Shown here: in pieces, positions 19,112-29,551 of the stretch | How the letters are laid out: every line of letters begins with the position of its first letter | Position numbering within the stretch: position 1 is the stretch's first letter | NCBI GenBank assembly: GCA_024654505.1 | Contig: JANLHN010000003.1 | Location: forward strand, 132,314-196,313 | Direction: 5' to 3' | Source of the DNA: Nanobdellota archaeon | Lineage (GTDB): Archaea; Nanobdellota; Nanobdellia; Pacearchaeales; GW2011-AR1 | Length of the DNA stretch: 64,000 bases | The notes under the pieces: generated by a model | Told to the model about the DNA's origin: nothing | What the model saw: the letters and a program-made list of their open reading frames with translations, nothing else | The model's database searches: none | Translations under genes and position numbers: made by a program

Positions 19112-19276
19112 ATGAAATCAACATTATTGCTACGAATTGACCTCAACCTAAAAGAGAAATTAAGACGCTTATCTAGAATTGAAAAGAGAAGTATGTGTGC
19201 AACTATCGGTAAGTTGGTAGAAGATTATGTTAAAGATTCTCAATTAAATATCAGGAAATCAAAAAATGCAAGATAG
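19112..19276 (+). CDS. Ribbon-helix-helix (CopG/antitoxin-like) small protein
   Basis: MKSTLLLRIDLNLKEKLRRLSRIEKRSM...IGKLVEDYV fits a beta-strand plus two helices pattern. The start is an internal ATG of ORF 18977..19276. Confidence 0.4.
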   Translation: MKSTLLLRIDLNLKEKLRRLSRIEKRSMCATIGKLVEDYVKDSQLNIRKSKNAR

Positions 19277-19674
19277 AGAAGCAAATCCTGTAATGAAAGC
19301 AATAATTGCACTATTGAGTTAAAAGAAGTTGGAAGTGGAGATCAGACTGTAGTTGGATATGATATTCAGATAGAAAGACATTCAAGAATCCTTGGTATTT
19401 TCGAGAAGAAAATGCAAGTAAGTGCAGAAGTTAATGCCGAAACAGGAGAGGTTATAAGTGAACACAAACCTTGGTGGGCATTTATAGCTACAGAACCGGC
19501 AGAATAAAACTAGTTTTTTACGAACCACTCATAATCTGGAAGTTAATACCTAACCCTTTTTAATTAACTGAAAAATAAATTGTTCACTCAGAAACGGCGG
19601 TTGGGACGTTCTACTTTAAAAGATAAATATACTGCCTTAGAAAGATTTAAATCCTTGATGACTTTTTTAGGTTT

Positions 19675-20097
19675 ATGGGATTTAAAATGAGAAATACTTC
19701 TGGCGAGTCTATTCGCCCACTTAATGATAGGATGGAAGAATCGGTTATGATGATAATGGAACATATAAATAAGACTCTAATGAAAAAAATGTTGGATGGA
19801 GTAAAATTTGGACAAATATCTTCAAAAGAAGAGCAGACTAAAATGCAGGGAATAGTAACTAGATTCATAGAAAACGTTCAATTTGTATCTAAAAGAATAA
19901 CATATCCAGAAGAAATTGCTAAAGCACTAATCAATAACGACAACAAAAATTTAGAGTACATAATGAATTTTTGGGTAGATAAAAAAGGAATAATCCTAAA
20001 AAAGTTAGATGGACCAATAGTTAAAGGTGGAGTAAATCAAGATGCAGAAGACTTTAAATTTGGCCTAAAAGGATTCTTAGACTCTATTAATAAGTAA
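19675..20097 (+). CDS. Hypothetical protein
   Basis: ORF only (140 aa). Confidence 0.4.
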   Translation: MGFKMRNTSGESIRPLNDRMEESVMMIMEHINKTLMKKMLDGVKFGQISSKEEQTKMQGIVTRFIENVQFVSKRITYPEEIAKALINNDNKNLEYIMNFWVDKKGIILKKLDGPIVKGGVNQDAEDFKFGLKGFLDSINK

Positions 20098-20224
20098 GAC
20101 ACAATAAAATATCTAAGAGAATTCTTTCCCTTAAAATGTCCTTAGGTTGTTGCGGTTGGAGTGTTGAACAATCGTAAGGTACATAAGTCTATATACTCCT
20201 TTATCCTTTAGATATTGGAGATAA

Positions 20225-20428
20225 ATGGTTATTAATAATATCAACAAGAAAGGTGTTGGCGGGTGGCTAGTTTGGGCAATTTTGTTCTTGATAATTTCAA
20301 TAATTGCTGGAATTTTTGGATTTGGATTCGTCTCAGGAGTTTCTTATACTTTAGCTAAGTGGTTGGCAATAATCTTCATAATTTTGTTTATAATCACAAT
20401 AATATCTCGTACAATAAAAAGAGCTTGA
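20225..20428 (+). CDS. Small membrane protein
   Basis: A 67-aa ORF with two TM helices. Confidence 0.35.
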   Translation: MVINNINKKGVGGWLVWAILFLIISIIAGIFGFGFVSGVSYTLAKWLAIIFIILFIITIISRTIKRA

Positions 20429-20527
20429 ATTTGATTAAATTATTCTAGGTCTATTATTTTGGTTGGTGACGTTCGGAATCTCTAATGACCAGTAACATTT
20501 AAAAGAAAGTATTTCTTAAATAATAAT

Positions 20528-20962
20528 ATGGGAAAGGGGTTGATTATTGGAGTGGTTGTTGTTTTAGTTTTGGCGGCATCAATCTTTTATGGAATAAGTT
20601 CTGGGGGAGATGATGAGGTCCCCTCTTCGGAGGACAAGGAAATTCCTTCCTTATGTTCAGAATTTAAAGAGGATGTCTGTGGATTGTTTGATTGTATGGT
20701 TAATTCTTGTTGGTGTGATGAAGGTGGTCCAGAGGCGGCCATTCTTTATGAACAATCTGGTGTCTCTTTGAGCACAGCAGGGGAGGCGGTGGATTATATT
20801 AAAAGATATGTTTCAACAAATGGTCTAGGTTATAATGTTAAGAACGCGGTTAAACTTAACAACATATTCTATAATGTCTTTTCCGAAGATAGTAATGGTG
20901 ATGAAATAGTTTACACATTATCTGTTGATGGAACAATCATCAAGACTATTTGTGGTGTTTAA
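20528..20962 (+). CDS. Secreted Cys-rich small protein
   Basis: A signal/TM segment at the N-terminus. The C/W-rich core is CSEFKEDVCGLFDCMVNSCWCDEGG. Confidence 0.4.
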   Translation: MGKGLIIGVVVVLVLAASIFYGISSGGDDEVPSSEDKEIPSLCSEFKEDVCGLFDCMVNSCWCDEGGPEAAILYEQSGVSLSTAGEAVDYIKRYVSTNGLGYNVKNAVKLNNIFYNVFSEDSNGDEIVYTLSVDGTIIKTICGV

Positions 20963-21236
20963 AATAGGTTTGTTTAATTAATAAAAATAAAAGATTTATT
21001 TTGTTTGATGGGAAGAAGCTTCGGAGGAGGTCATTGCTGTTAGAGTGTGTTATAAAACTGGATGGTTCAAGATAATTATCTGCAAGGGCCGGTTGGAAAG
21101 CTGACTACATAATAAGCCAAGATAAAGATTTGCTAAATTTAAAAGAATTTAGAGGTATGCCTATAATCAGACCAGAAGAGTTTTTAGAAATAATAAAAAA
21201 TAAAAGTATATAATATCTCTTATTTATTGACCTAAT

Positions 21237-22091
21237 ATGGAATTGGAGTATCTCCCAATGTTAGTTGAGGGAAAAGATATAACTCAGAATGAGATTCTCT
21301 TTATTTCCGACATAGAACATTTTGATCAGAAGATTAATACTTATTTATTAGATAGGATAAAAAAGGAGAGTTATAAGGCAGTTGTTTTAGTAGGAGATAT
21401 TTTATCGGGACTTGGAACATTCCATCCAGCATATAAAATCTTCCAAGAAAGCAATACGGCCTTTAATCTATTTTTTGATGTTAAGAAGCTAATGAAGAAA
21501 TATCTAAAGAAAGGTATTGAAGTGTATGATGTGGAAAGGTTTTGTGTTGGGAGTGTTGTATCTGATAACTTTTCAGAAAGCTACTCTAAAGAATTAAAAA
21601 ATTTCAAAAAATTTATAAAAAGATGTCATAAGGAGAAGATTCCAGTGGTCTTTTTTTCAGGAAATCATGATTCTCTCTTATCTCCGGGAAACGCTTATGA
21701 AACGAGGTTTATACCATTAATAGAAGAAATTCGTTCATTAAAGGGATTAATCATCCCAGGAGATTTAGAACTCATAAAGCTAGGAAAGGACCTTTACCTT
21801 ATGGGTGTTCATACTGAAGATGATGATATTAAAGAGCATGAATTCCATAAGATTAAGAACATCTTGAAAGAAATTGAAGCCATAAAAAACCCGGAAAATA
21901 TTATCTTTGTCTCTCATATTCCTGGAATTAAAAAATTTAGTAAGCTTGGGTCTCATGATATTACAAATCTAAAAAAAAGATATAAATTCAAGTATCATTA
22001 TCATGGCCATTGTAAAAATTACTATGGAGAATATGACGAGGAGGGAGTTCCAACAAAGTCAATCCATATAGAAGATGGTTTAGTTAGTTAA
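21237..22091 (+). CDS. Calcineurin-like metallophosphoesterase
   Basis: The motifs VVLVGDILSG (GD), FFSGNHD (GNHD/E), VSHIPG and GHCKNYY fit the MPP motif series. Confidence 0.55.
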   Translation: MELEYLPMLVEGKDITQNEILFISDIEHFDQKINTYLLDRIKKESYKAVVLVGDILSGLGTFHPAYKIFQESNTAFNLFFDVKKLMKKYLKKGIEVYDVERFCVGSVVSDNFSESYSKELKNFKKFIKRCHKEKIPVVFFSGNHDSLLSPGNAYETRFIPLIEEIRSLKGLIIPGDLELIKLGKDLYLMGVHTEDDDIKEHEFHKIKNILKEIEAIKNPENIIFVSHIPGIKKFSKLGSHDITNLKKRYKFKYHYHGHCKNYYGEYDEEGVPTKSIHIEDGLVS

Positions 22092-22097
22092 CTTAAA

Positions 22098-25000
22098 TTA
22101 TAATAGTTTCTTTATCTCTCGATCTAGTCTTTTTACTTCAGAATCTTCATTTTTCCACCAGTCCCTACTCCAAACTCGAAGAATGTTCCATCCGGAATTT
22201 TCCAAAATTTCTTGTCTATAAATGTCTCTTTCCTTTGCACTTTTTGATGAGTGGTACATTGCACCATCGCACTCTATCCCAACAATAAATTTTCCTTTTT
22301 GCTTTGGATGAACAACTGCAAGGTCAATCTTATATCCTTTACATCCAACTTGAGTTTTTATTTTATAGCCAATTTTAGACAGGGCATCCCTAACCTCTCC
22401 CTCAAAATCACTATCGTATGATTCAAATTCTGGCGATTCGGCATCTATTTTAAGTTCATTTAGAGAATCTAACTTTTCATCAGCCCTCTTGTAGTCTCCT
22501 TCAGAGATATACTTAGAATAGCTGAGGTAATCTCGCAAGAGTTTTGGCCCATCGAACGAACCACTATATTTCAATTCACTTGGGTCAAACGAGTTAAATA
22601 TTATTATTTTCTCTCTAGCTCTGCTTATTGCAACGTTAAGCCTATTAGGTCCATAAGGGCCGTTAAGAGGACCAAACATATATCTAAATTTCTTTGTTTT
22701 ATCGAAACCATAACTTATTGAAAAGATAATGATATCTCTTTCATCTCCCTGAACATTCTCAATATTTTTAACAAATATACCCGTATATTCATCTTGATTA
22801 TATCTTTCTCTTTCAGAATCGAGTAATTTTGCAAATAAGGGGTCCTTTGCAGCTTCTTCATCTAAAAGTTCTTCAATCAAGTCTTTTTGTTTAACATTAA
22901 AGGTTATAACTCCAAGAGTTGGCTGTTCTTTAGTTTTGAGTAACTCTTTTATCTTTTTTACAACTTCTTCAGCCTCTCGAAGGTTTATGCCCGAGTCCCA
23001 AATTCCCCTAACATTTTTGTATTCTATTGCCGTATCTTTCTTAACTTTATTTTTTGGAATAACCCTTAACGACTTATCATAGAAAGCATAGTTTGAAAAA
23101 TTAATTAATTCTTCATGGTTTGACCTATAATGGTATATAAGACGTTTTCCAGGAAGTGTTGTTTTTGCTCTTTCAAGTAAAGACTCGTTTTCTAGTAGCT
23201 GTTGTTCATCATAGTCTTCAAATTTTTCATCTTCAAATTCTTCTTGGGAAGCCATAAAAAATCTGCTTGGAGGCAACTGTTTTTCATCGCCAGCAACGAT
23301 TAAACTTTTTCCACGATTTATAGAAGGGATTGCCTTTTCAAGTCTTGTTTGTGAAGCTTCATCAAAAATAACTACATCAAAAAGATCTTTCTTTAAGGGG
23401 AATATAGATGATACTGTTTCTGGTGAACACATCCAACAAGGAAATAACTCTAAAAGACCTTCCCTATAGAATACATTGAAAAGTTCTCTAAACGTTAGTC
23501 TCTTTCTCTGTTTATTTAATTCATGAACCAGCCCTCTTAAATTATTATAATTTTTTCTTCTCCCATCATAATCATAATTTTTCCACTTTAGTTCGCTATA
23601 TTTATTCATAAAAGACTCATAGATGACTTCCGGTATAACTTCAATTTTTTTATTTATTAATTCAACTAATTTATTTTTGATTGATTGATAAGTTTCATCA
23701 GAAAAACTTCGAATTATAGGGTCATTAGATTCTGATTCATTAATCCAATGAATGAAGAAGCTATTTTCTATTGTTTTCCTCCAGATAGGGGTCATGTCAT
23801 CTCCCAAGTTTTGGCGAATACTACTATAGCATAAATTGGCAATCTTATACTCTAAGTTAGTCAACTTCTCAAGATTAGAATCAAAAAGAACAATCTCATC
23901 TAACTCCCCAAACAACTCTTTTATTTTAACAAAAATGATTGAATTCTTTTCAAAATTGATGAAGTTTTTTTCAATAGACTCTAAAAACTCTTCTTTAAAT
24001 AATAGGCGAATAAAGCTTAAAGAATCTTTTAGACTCTTAAGGGGTTTTTCCAATAAGTTCCATCTTTCAATTAGTTTTTCAAAGTCTTCAGGCGAACGAA
24101 TTTTAGAGTATTTTGATTTTAAACTCCACCATTTAGAGTCGAATATTCTCGAGAACCTATTCTTCTCTTTATCTTTTAAAAACTTAAGTTCTTCAGAGAT
24201 GTTGAATAGTTCCTCAATATTTAATTTTCTCTTAAAATTAATTAATTTTAAATCACTTTTAAATTCTTTATTATAAAAAGTCTTTTCAAGATTTTCAAAA
24301 ACTTTTATTGTATTTGCTACCTTCTCTTTAAATTCTAGCTCGTCAAATTTAGTGCTAAATCTTTTTCTAAGATAAATCGGTGAATCACTTTTTTCATATT
24401 TATAAAATTGGTTTGCAATCTTAGATATGCTCTCACTATAGGTCTTTAAATCATTAAAACTAACTTTTTCAAATAATTCACCTTTGATGTCCAAGATTGG
24501 TTTTTGTTCCTTATTAGAATGTCGGTAGAGTGAGTATAGGCTTATACCATGTTTACCTTTATCATGTATTAAACTAATTAATTTTTTTAATTCTAAAAGA
24601 CCCATATCAAAAGATTTAGCTTTTTCAAGCATCTTCTTCATATTTGGCTCTCCAGAAAAGCCATCTACCCCATCATCCTTTAGGTCGTATGCATTTAATG
24701 TAGAGGCCATCTGCTTAAAAATTTGATTTCTATCATTTTGGGAATCGTGGATGAGCAGACAGTGTTTGCTTATGCCCTTAGAAGCTAGTCTATTCTTCAC
24801 AACATCAAGTGCAGCTCTTTTTTCACAGACCAATAATATCTTTTTATCTCTTAGTAAGTTATCTGCAATAAGATTAGTAATTACTTGAGATTTTCCCGTT
24901 CCAGGAGGACCATGGATTACTAATCCTTTACCAGTTCTAGATTTGATTAAAACTTGCTCTTGACTTATATCTGGCTTAGTTATAAAATAATTATCTGCCT

Positions 25001-25856
25001 CTGGGGAATCAATTAATTTTTCATCATCAAATCTTTCTTCAAGGTCTCTTTCAGTATTTTCTCCAAGTATCAACTTAGAAGAATCAGATAAACTTTTGTC
25101 TTTTATTAGTTCATCATAATCATTATTCATTGCACTATTAAGTTGACTAAATTCTCCCAAGATAGCATAGGGTAGAAATTCTATTTTCCCAGAAAGATTT
25201 TTAGGATGCTCATCTTTAATAAGTGGTTTTAATGAATCAATCTTTGTTTTTTTAAATGTGTTAATATTTGTTTCCATGTTCAATCCCTCAAACAATTGTA
25301 CTGACCATTCAATCAACTCTTCAGACTTCAAATCCTCAATTTTTTTTAAATCTTCTAAATTTAAATTTTTATAACCCTTATTATATTTATTAAAAGCAAT
25401 AAAGAATGTCTTGTTTATTTGAACTGAAGAATCTGGAAGAGGTTTTATAGTAACTTTTCTAGTCGCCCTGTTAAAGTCTATTTGAATTGGGACAAGAAAT
25501 AAAGGTGCTCTAAAAAAAGAACCTTCAGAAAAGTTTCCCTGTATAAATGGGTAACCTAAGAAGCATTCATGATAACCTTTCTCTTTAAGTATAAACTCTA
25601 CATCTCTCTTAAGATATAGAATGTCTTTTAGAATTCTCTCTTCCTCTTTATTTTTAACGTTAATATCAATGAGGTTAGCAGATTTATTTTCAAAAAAAAG
25701 CTTGTTAACTACTTGGATTGGCTGATCACTTTCTATGTTAGATAAATCAGAAATATCAAAGGTTTTCTTTTTTATAATTCTGGAAAGTCTAATTGCTCTA
25801 TTTCTTCGACTAATATCATTTAATCTCTCCTGATACTTCTTGAGAACTTTCTCCAT
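22098..25856 (-). CDS. DUF4011 – Upf1-like SF1B helicase – DUF559 (Vsr-like endonuclease) fusion protein
   Basis: Walker A is IHGPPGTGKS and the Walker B region is VIFDEASQT...VAGDEKQLPP. Motifs YRSNHEELINFSNYAFY, GVITFNVKQ and NVQGDERDIIIFS match the Upf1/DNA2 series. The C-terminus DLAVVHPKQKGKFIVGIECDGAMYH...ILRVW matches the DUF559 nuclease fold. The roughly 300-aa N-terminal domain resembles DUF4011. Confidence 0.75.
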   Translation of the reverse strand: MEKVLKKYQERLNDISRRNRAIRLSRIIKKKTFDISDLSNIESDQPIQVVNKLFFENKSANLIDINVKNKEEERILKDILYLKRDVEFILKEKGYHECFLGYPFIQGNFSEGSFFRAPLFLVPIQIDFNRATRKVTIKPLPDSSVQINKTFFIAFNKYNKGYKNLNLEDLKKIEDLKSEELIEWSVQLFEGLNMETNINTFKKTKIDSLKPLIKDEHPKNLSGKIEFLPYAILGEFSQLNSAMNNDYDELIKDKSLSDSSKLILGENTERDLEERFDDEKLIDSPEADNYFITKPDISQEQVLIKSRTGKGLVIHGPPGTGKSQVITNLIADNLLRDKKILLVCEKRAALDVVKNRLASKGISKHCLLIHDSQNDRNQIFKQMASTLNAYDLKDDGVDGFSGEPNMKKMLEKAKSFDMGLLELKKLISLIHDKGKHGISLYSLYRHSNKEQKPILDIKGELFEKVSFNDLKTYSESISKIANQFYKYEKSDSPIYLRKRFSTKFDELEFKEKVANTIKVFENLEKTFYNKEFKSDLKLINFKRKLNIEELFNISEELKFLKDKEKNRFSRIFDSKWWSLKSKYSKIRSPEDFEKLIERWNLLEKPLKSLKDSLSFIRLLFKEEFLESIEKNFINFEKNSIIFVKIKELFGELDEIVLFDSNLEKLTNLEYKIANLCYSSIRQNLGDDMTPIWRKTIENSFFIHWINESESNDPIIRSFSDETYQSIKNKLVELINKKIEVIPEVIYESFMNKYSELKWKNYDYDGRRKNYNNLRGLVHELNKQRKRLTFRELFNVFYREGLLELFPCWMCSPETVSSIFPLKKDLFDVVIFDEASQTRLEKAIPSINRGKSLIVAGDEKQLPPSRFFMASQEEFEDEKFEDYDEQQLLENESLLERAKTTLPGKRLIYHYRSNHEELINFSNYAFYDKSLRVIPKNKVKKDTAIEYKNVRGIWDSGINLREAEEVVKKIKELLKTKEQPTLGVITFNVKQKDLIEELLDEEAAKDPLFAKLLDSERERYNQDEYTGIFVKNIENVQGDERDIIIFSISYGFDKTKKFRYMFGPLNGPYGPNRLNVAISRAREKIIIFNSFDPSELKYSGSFDGPKLLRDYLSYSKYISEGDYKRADEKLDSLNELKIDAESPEFESYDSDFEGEVRDALSKIGYKIKTQVGCKGYKIDLAVVHPKQKGKFIVGIECDGAMYHSSKSAKERDIYRQEILENSGWNILRVWSRDWWKNEDSEVKRLDREIKKLL

Positions 25857-26243
25857 TTTAATGGGAATAACCCTTTGTTTAATAAGGTTTTCTTTAGGTA
25901 TCTTAAGAAGATTAAACTAGATTACTTAACTTTGAAAATCTTAATCCCATGAAAAGGCACTATCTCAATAACACTTTTGTCTTTCAAATGATACAAAAGC
26001 TCCCAGCATTCTTTTTTTGTTATGGAAAAACCACTACATAGTCGATGAAACACAAGCGAGAAGGGAATAATGTCTTTTTTTGTTTCACTCCTTATTCTTT
26101 CTAACTTTTTGTAAACAAATACTTGTGCCCTACTTATTGTGGGTTAGTTTTGCTGGAGTTCTGAACTGGTTGAGCATATAATAAATTATGACTTCTACTT
26201 GCTCTTTAGTTAAACTTTTATACTCTTTTGTGTATTATTTATT

Positions 26244-26897
26244 ATGGATGCAAGAAATACTTTCAGGCAACATTTGATTGTGGGTATTTTTTCTTTGGGG
26301 TTGGTTTGTTTTTTTCACTATTTTCTTGATGTTTCCTGGACCGTTTCGTTTGCCAGAGTCTCTTTTATTCTTTTATTTTTAGTTTTAATTATTGGCCCAA
26401 TAATGAGATTGAAAAAACCAACGGAAAGCTCTACTCCATTTCTTACTCCGTGGAGTTGGAGGGGAGAATTAGGTATTTGGTTTACTTTAATGGCTTTGGT
26501 TCATTTTATTATTTTACTTACGGGAAGATCTCTTTCAAGTATGATAAAGTTGGGTGGAGAAGGTTATGGACTTACTAATTTACTTGGTTTGATTGCTTTA
26601 TTTTGGGCATTAATACTCACAGCCACATCTTTTGGGAAGGTGATTGTATTCTTGGGTATAGATTTATGGAAATGGCTCCATAGCTTAACTCATGTGGTAT
26701 TTTATTTAGTCTCTGGACATTTCATATATTTCCAGTTCTTCTCTACGTATGGGGGAAGGAGTCCTGATTGGTTTGGATATCTTGCTGTAGCAATGGTAAT
26801 CATAGTAGTGGTCTTGCAATTAATTGCCCTTTTATTGATGATTACAAAACATAGAGAAGAAGTTGTTCACCCAGATAAAAAATTGTTGAAGCGTTAA
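26244..26897 (+). CDS. Polytopic membrane protein, hypothetical
   Basis: A 217-aa ORF with about six TM helices. Confidence 0.45.
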   Translation: MDARNTFRQHLIVGIFSLGLVCFFHYFLDVSWTVSFARVSFILLFLVLIIGPIMRLKKPTESSTPFLTPWSWRGELGIWFTLMALVHFIILLTGRSLSSMIKLGGEGYGLTNLLGLIALFWALILTATSFGKVIVFLGIDLWKWLHSLTHVVFYLVSGHFIYFQFFSTYGGRSPDWFGYLAVAMVIIVVVLQLIALLLMITKHREEVVHPDKKLLKR

Positions 26898-26931
26898 GAT
26901 AGTTATATTTTTTGGTTTTGATTTTTAGTGC

Positions 26932-29469
26932 TTATTTCTTTTTAGAAGATTTCTTTTCTTTTAAGATTCTTCTTATAATCAAAATAGCAAAAACTAAGAA
27001 AATTATAATAATAAAACCCATTGTATATGACGTGCTGTTATTGCCAAAACCGGTAGTTGCAAATCCAGTGATTATACTTGAATCATAAATAACTGAATCT
27101 TCTAAAAGTGGTTTTTCCCCACCCTCATTTATTACAGATATCTTTAGCACGCCAGAGGGGTTATTGTCTCCAAGTTCTATAGTGATTTCATGTTCTGTTT
27201 TTTTGTCTTTTGTTAGTTCTACTTCTTGTGTTTGTTCTTTTATGAGGTCTTTGCCAGAGTAAATAGAAAATCTTAGGTTTGTGGTTTGGTCAGAATCAGA
27301 TTCAACAGAATATTTAATATAAATCTTGTTTTCCTTTTCTAGTACAATATTAGTAAATTCTATATTTAGGCTTGGTTTTATCATAATTAGTTTAATTGGA
27401 ACTTCTTTTTCTCCCTCCAAACATTCTATAAATATTTCTGGTTGTCCTGCATTGGATGGAGGTGTTAGTGTGAAGGCAAAATCCATTATCTCCCCCGCCC
27501 CTATATTCTCTACATCTGTGGAAGAAAACCAAGACCTTTGTTCTTCAGAGATTTTAAGTTGGCATTTATTTACTGTTTTAAGTGCATTGTTTTTAACAAC
27601 AACCTCAAGAGTTTTTTCTTCTCCAGGATATGCTATTATTTCTATAGATTCTATTTCCAAGTTTATTCCAGCTACATATGGTGTGTATGGACCACCACCA
27701 GAGCCACCTCCACCAGAGCTACTTTCTCCTCCACCGGCACCTCCACCGCTAGAGGTGTCTACCGAAAAACTTGAATTTGTACGATTACTGTTTCCTGCAG
27801 AATCATTAACATAAAAATTGAAAATGAAGTTAGCATCTACAGTAACTCCGAAGCTCGTAGATTGAGTACTGCAATTTACAGAAGTATTTGATATCTCTAA
27901 GCTTTCTCCTCTATAAACATTGTATAAACAACTTACCGGACTTGCATCGGAAACAGACCATGTTGCAGAAAGGGTTCTACTTGTCTTTGCACCAGTGGGT
28001 TCACTAACACTAACGCTTGGAGCAATAGTGTCTATATAGAAAGTTTTGTTTCCATTAGTGACAGAATTTCCAACAGAATCATTACATCCCACGTTCCATA
28101 AATATTCTCCATCAAGCAAATTTGAAGAGAATATATTTTCAATCCCATTTGTGGGGGAATTATCTGTTTGATTTATTTCAAATCCATTACCAAAATCTCC
28201 TAACAACCAACAAGAGTTTAAATCTAGGTCTGTTGGGGTATATCTAAATGTCACACTCTGAGAATTTGAATAAGAAGAATCTGTTGGAGAATTTAAAATA
28301 ATTGATGGGGCCCCAAGTTGTGTGGAAAATGTCACACTATCGCTTGCCAATTCCCCATTTGTATCATTCATATAAATATTTAATGTGTAATCTCTATCAT
28401 TCGGAATATCAAAAGTAGTATTTGTACAGCTTGCTAAACTTATGTTAGACTCTCCATTGAGGTTATACCAGCAAGAGTCTATGTTGTCATTAACATCAGA
28501 AGCAGAGAAATCAAGGGGCAGACTTTCATTGTAGCCATATGTTGCGCCTTCTTGTGGGGAAATAAGAGTTATTGTTGGTGCCTGATTTATTAAATCATAA
28601 CCAACATCTACACTTTCTAAACTTGAAGTTATGGATGAATCTGGACTTGTGAAGATGACTTTATATTGAAAATATTGGCCAACTAAATTGAAACTAGTTA
28701 AGTTGACATCTTGCCAGCTTCCATCACCACAATTAGATTGAGTACAATTTCTTACTTGAAAGGAAAGAGTTGTTGATTTTGTTTCACTCGAGAGGTCGTA
28801 TTGGTTAGCACTATCCTTGTCTGTAAAAGGTTGTTTCATTAAAACCCAATTTGCTCCTGAATCTGTGGATTTGTAGATCTCCTCATCCCTTGTAACAACA
28901 TAAAGATTTTCATTATTATCTTTAGTTAAACCCCTTGGCTCTCCAGATATTCCAGAGCCATTTACAACAATCCATGTTGCTCCTGAATCTGTGGATTTAT
29001 GAACTACTTTGTCTTTTGTTAAGATAAATAATCCTAAAGAAGTGGAGACACTTCCATAAATATCTTGGGAGAAATAAGAGTTATTTATTTCTGTCCAACT
29101 AGAACCATCATCGTTAGATCTCCAAACATCTTTGTCATTGTCGAAAGCGTAAAGGTAGCCGATATCAAGAGTAGAACTTGTTTCTGTCAAATTCGTCCAA
29201 GTTGCATCGGCACCGGCATCAAAAACCTTACTAGTGTATGTTCCTGAAACATTTCCGGAAGAGAGTATAACGGCGCTTCCATTATATCTAGTATTATTAT
29301 GGGTTCCCGAATCAAACTCTGACTGGTTTCCTTGACTAAATATAGCATATCCTGTTAGGTTTTTGAAGTTAAGAATTCCAGAGAGAAGAAGGATATTTAA
29401 GACGACCAGACCAAAAAGCACTAAGAATAACGTTCTTTCTATTTCTTTTCCTCTTTTCATAATAACCAT
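26932..29469 (-). CDS. Large surface protein with BNR/Asp-box repeats and C-terminal TM anchor
   Basis: A signal/TM segment at the N-terminus. Repeated SxDxGxxW motifs (SNDDGSSW, STDSGATW, STDSGANW). A Gly/Ser-rich linker (GGGAGGGESSSGGGGSGGG). The C-terminus has a TM helix plus a KEKKSSKKK tail. Confidence 0.55.
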   Translation of the reverse strand: MVIMKRGKEIERTLFLVLFGLVVLNILLLSGILNFKNLTGYAIFSQGNQSEFDSGTHNNTRYNGSAVILSSGNVSGTYTSKVFDAGADATWTNLTETSSTLDIGYLYAFDNDKDVWRSNDDGSSWTEINNSYFSQDIYGSVSTSLGLFILTKDKVVHKSTDSGATWIVVNGSGISGEPRGLTKDNNENLYVVTRDEEIYKSTDSGANWVLMKQPFTDKDSANQYDLSSETKSTTLSFQVRNCTQSNCGDGSWQDVNLTSFNLVGQYFQYKVIFTSPDSSITSSLESVDVGYDLINQAPTITLISPQEGATYGYNESLPLDFSASDVNDNIDSCWYNLNGESNISLASCTNTTFDIPNDRDYTLNIYMNDTNGELASDSVTFSTQLGAPSIILNSPTDSSYSNSQSVTFRYTPTDLDLNSCWLLGDFGNGFEINQTDNSPTNGIENIFSSNLLDGEYLWNVGCNDSVGNSVTNGNKTFYIDTIAPSVSVSEPTGAKTSRTLSATWSVSDASPVSCLYNVYRGESLEISNTSVNCSTQSTSFGVTVDANFIFNFYVNDSAGNSNRTNSSFSVDTSSGGGAGGGESSSGGGGSGGGPYTPYVAGINLEIESIEIIAYPGEEKTLEVVVKNNALKTVNKCQLKISEEQRSWFSSTDVENIGAGEIMDFAFTLTPPSNAGQPEIFIECLEGEKEVPIKLIMIKPSLNIEFTNIVLEKENKIYIKYSVESDSDQTTNLRFSIYSGKDLIKEQTQEVELTKDKKTEHEITIELGDNNPSGVLKISVINEGGEKPLLEDSVIYDSSIITGFATTGFGNNSTSYTMGFIIIIFLVFAILIIRRILKEKKSSKKK

Positions 29470-29551
29470 TGACTATATTACTATTTAAGTTTTATTCTAG
29501 TCTAATCTATTGATGAAGTTACAAAAAGTTTAAATACAATCTACCCCCTTC

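Noticed and set aside
23836-24276. ORF 23836..24276 (+)
   Set aside because: It lies antisense inside the 1252-aa helicase-nuclease gene.
27326-27814. ORFs 27326..27814 and 27538..27774 (+)
   Set aside because: They are embedded antisense in the 845-aa BNR surface-protein gene. The translations are dominated by the reverse complement of the Gly/Ser linker.
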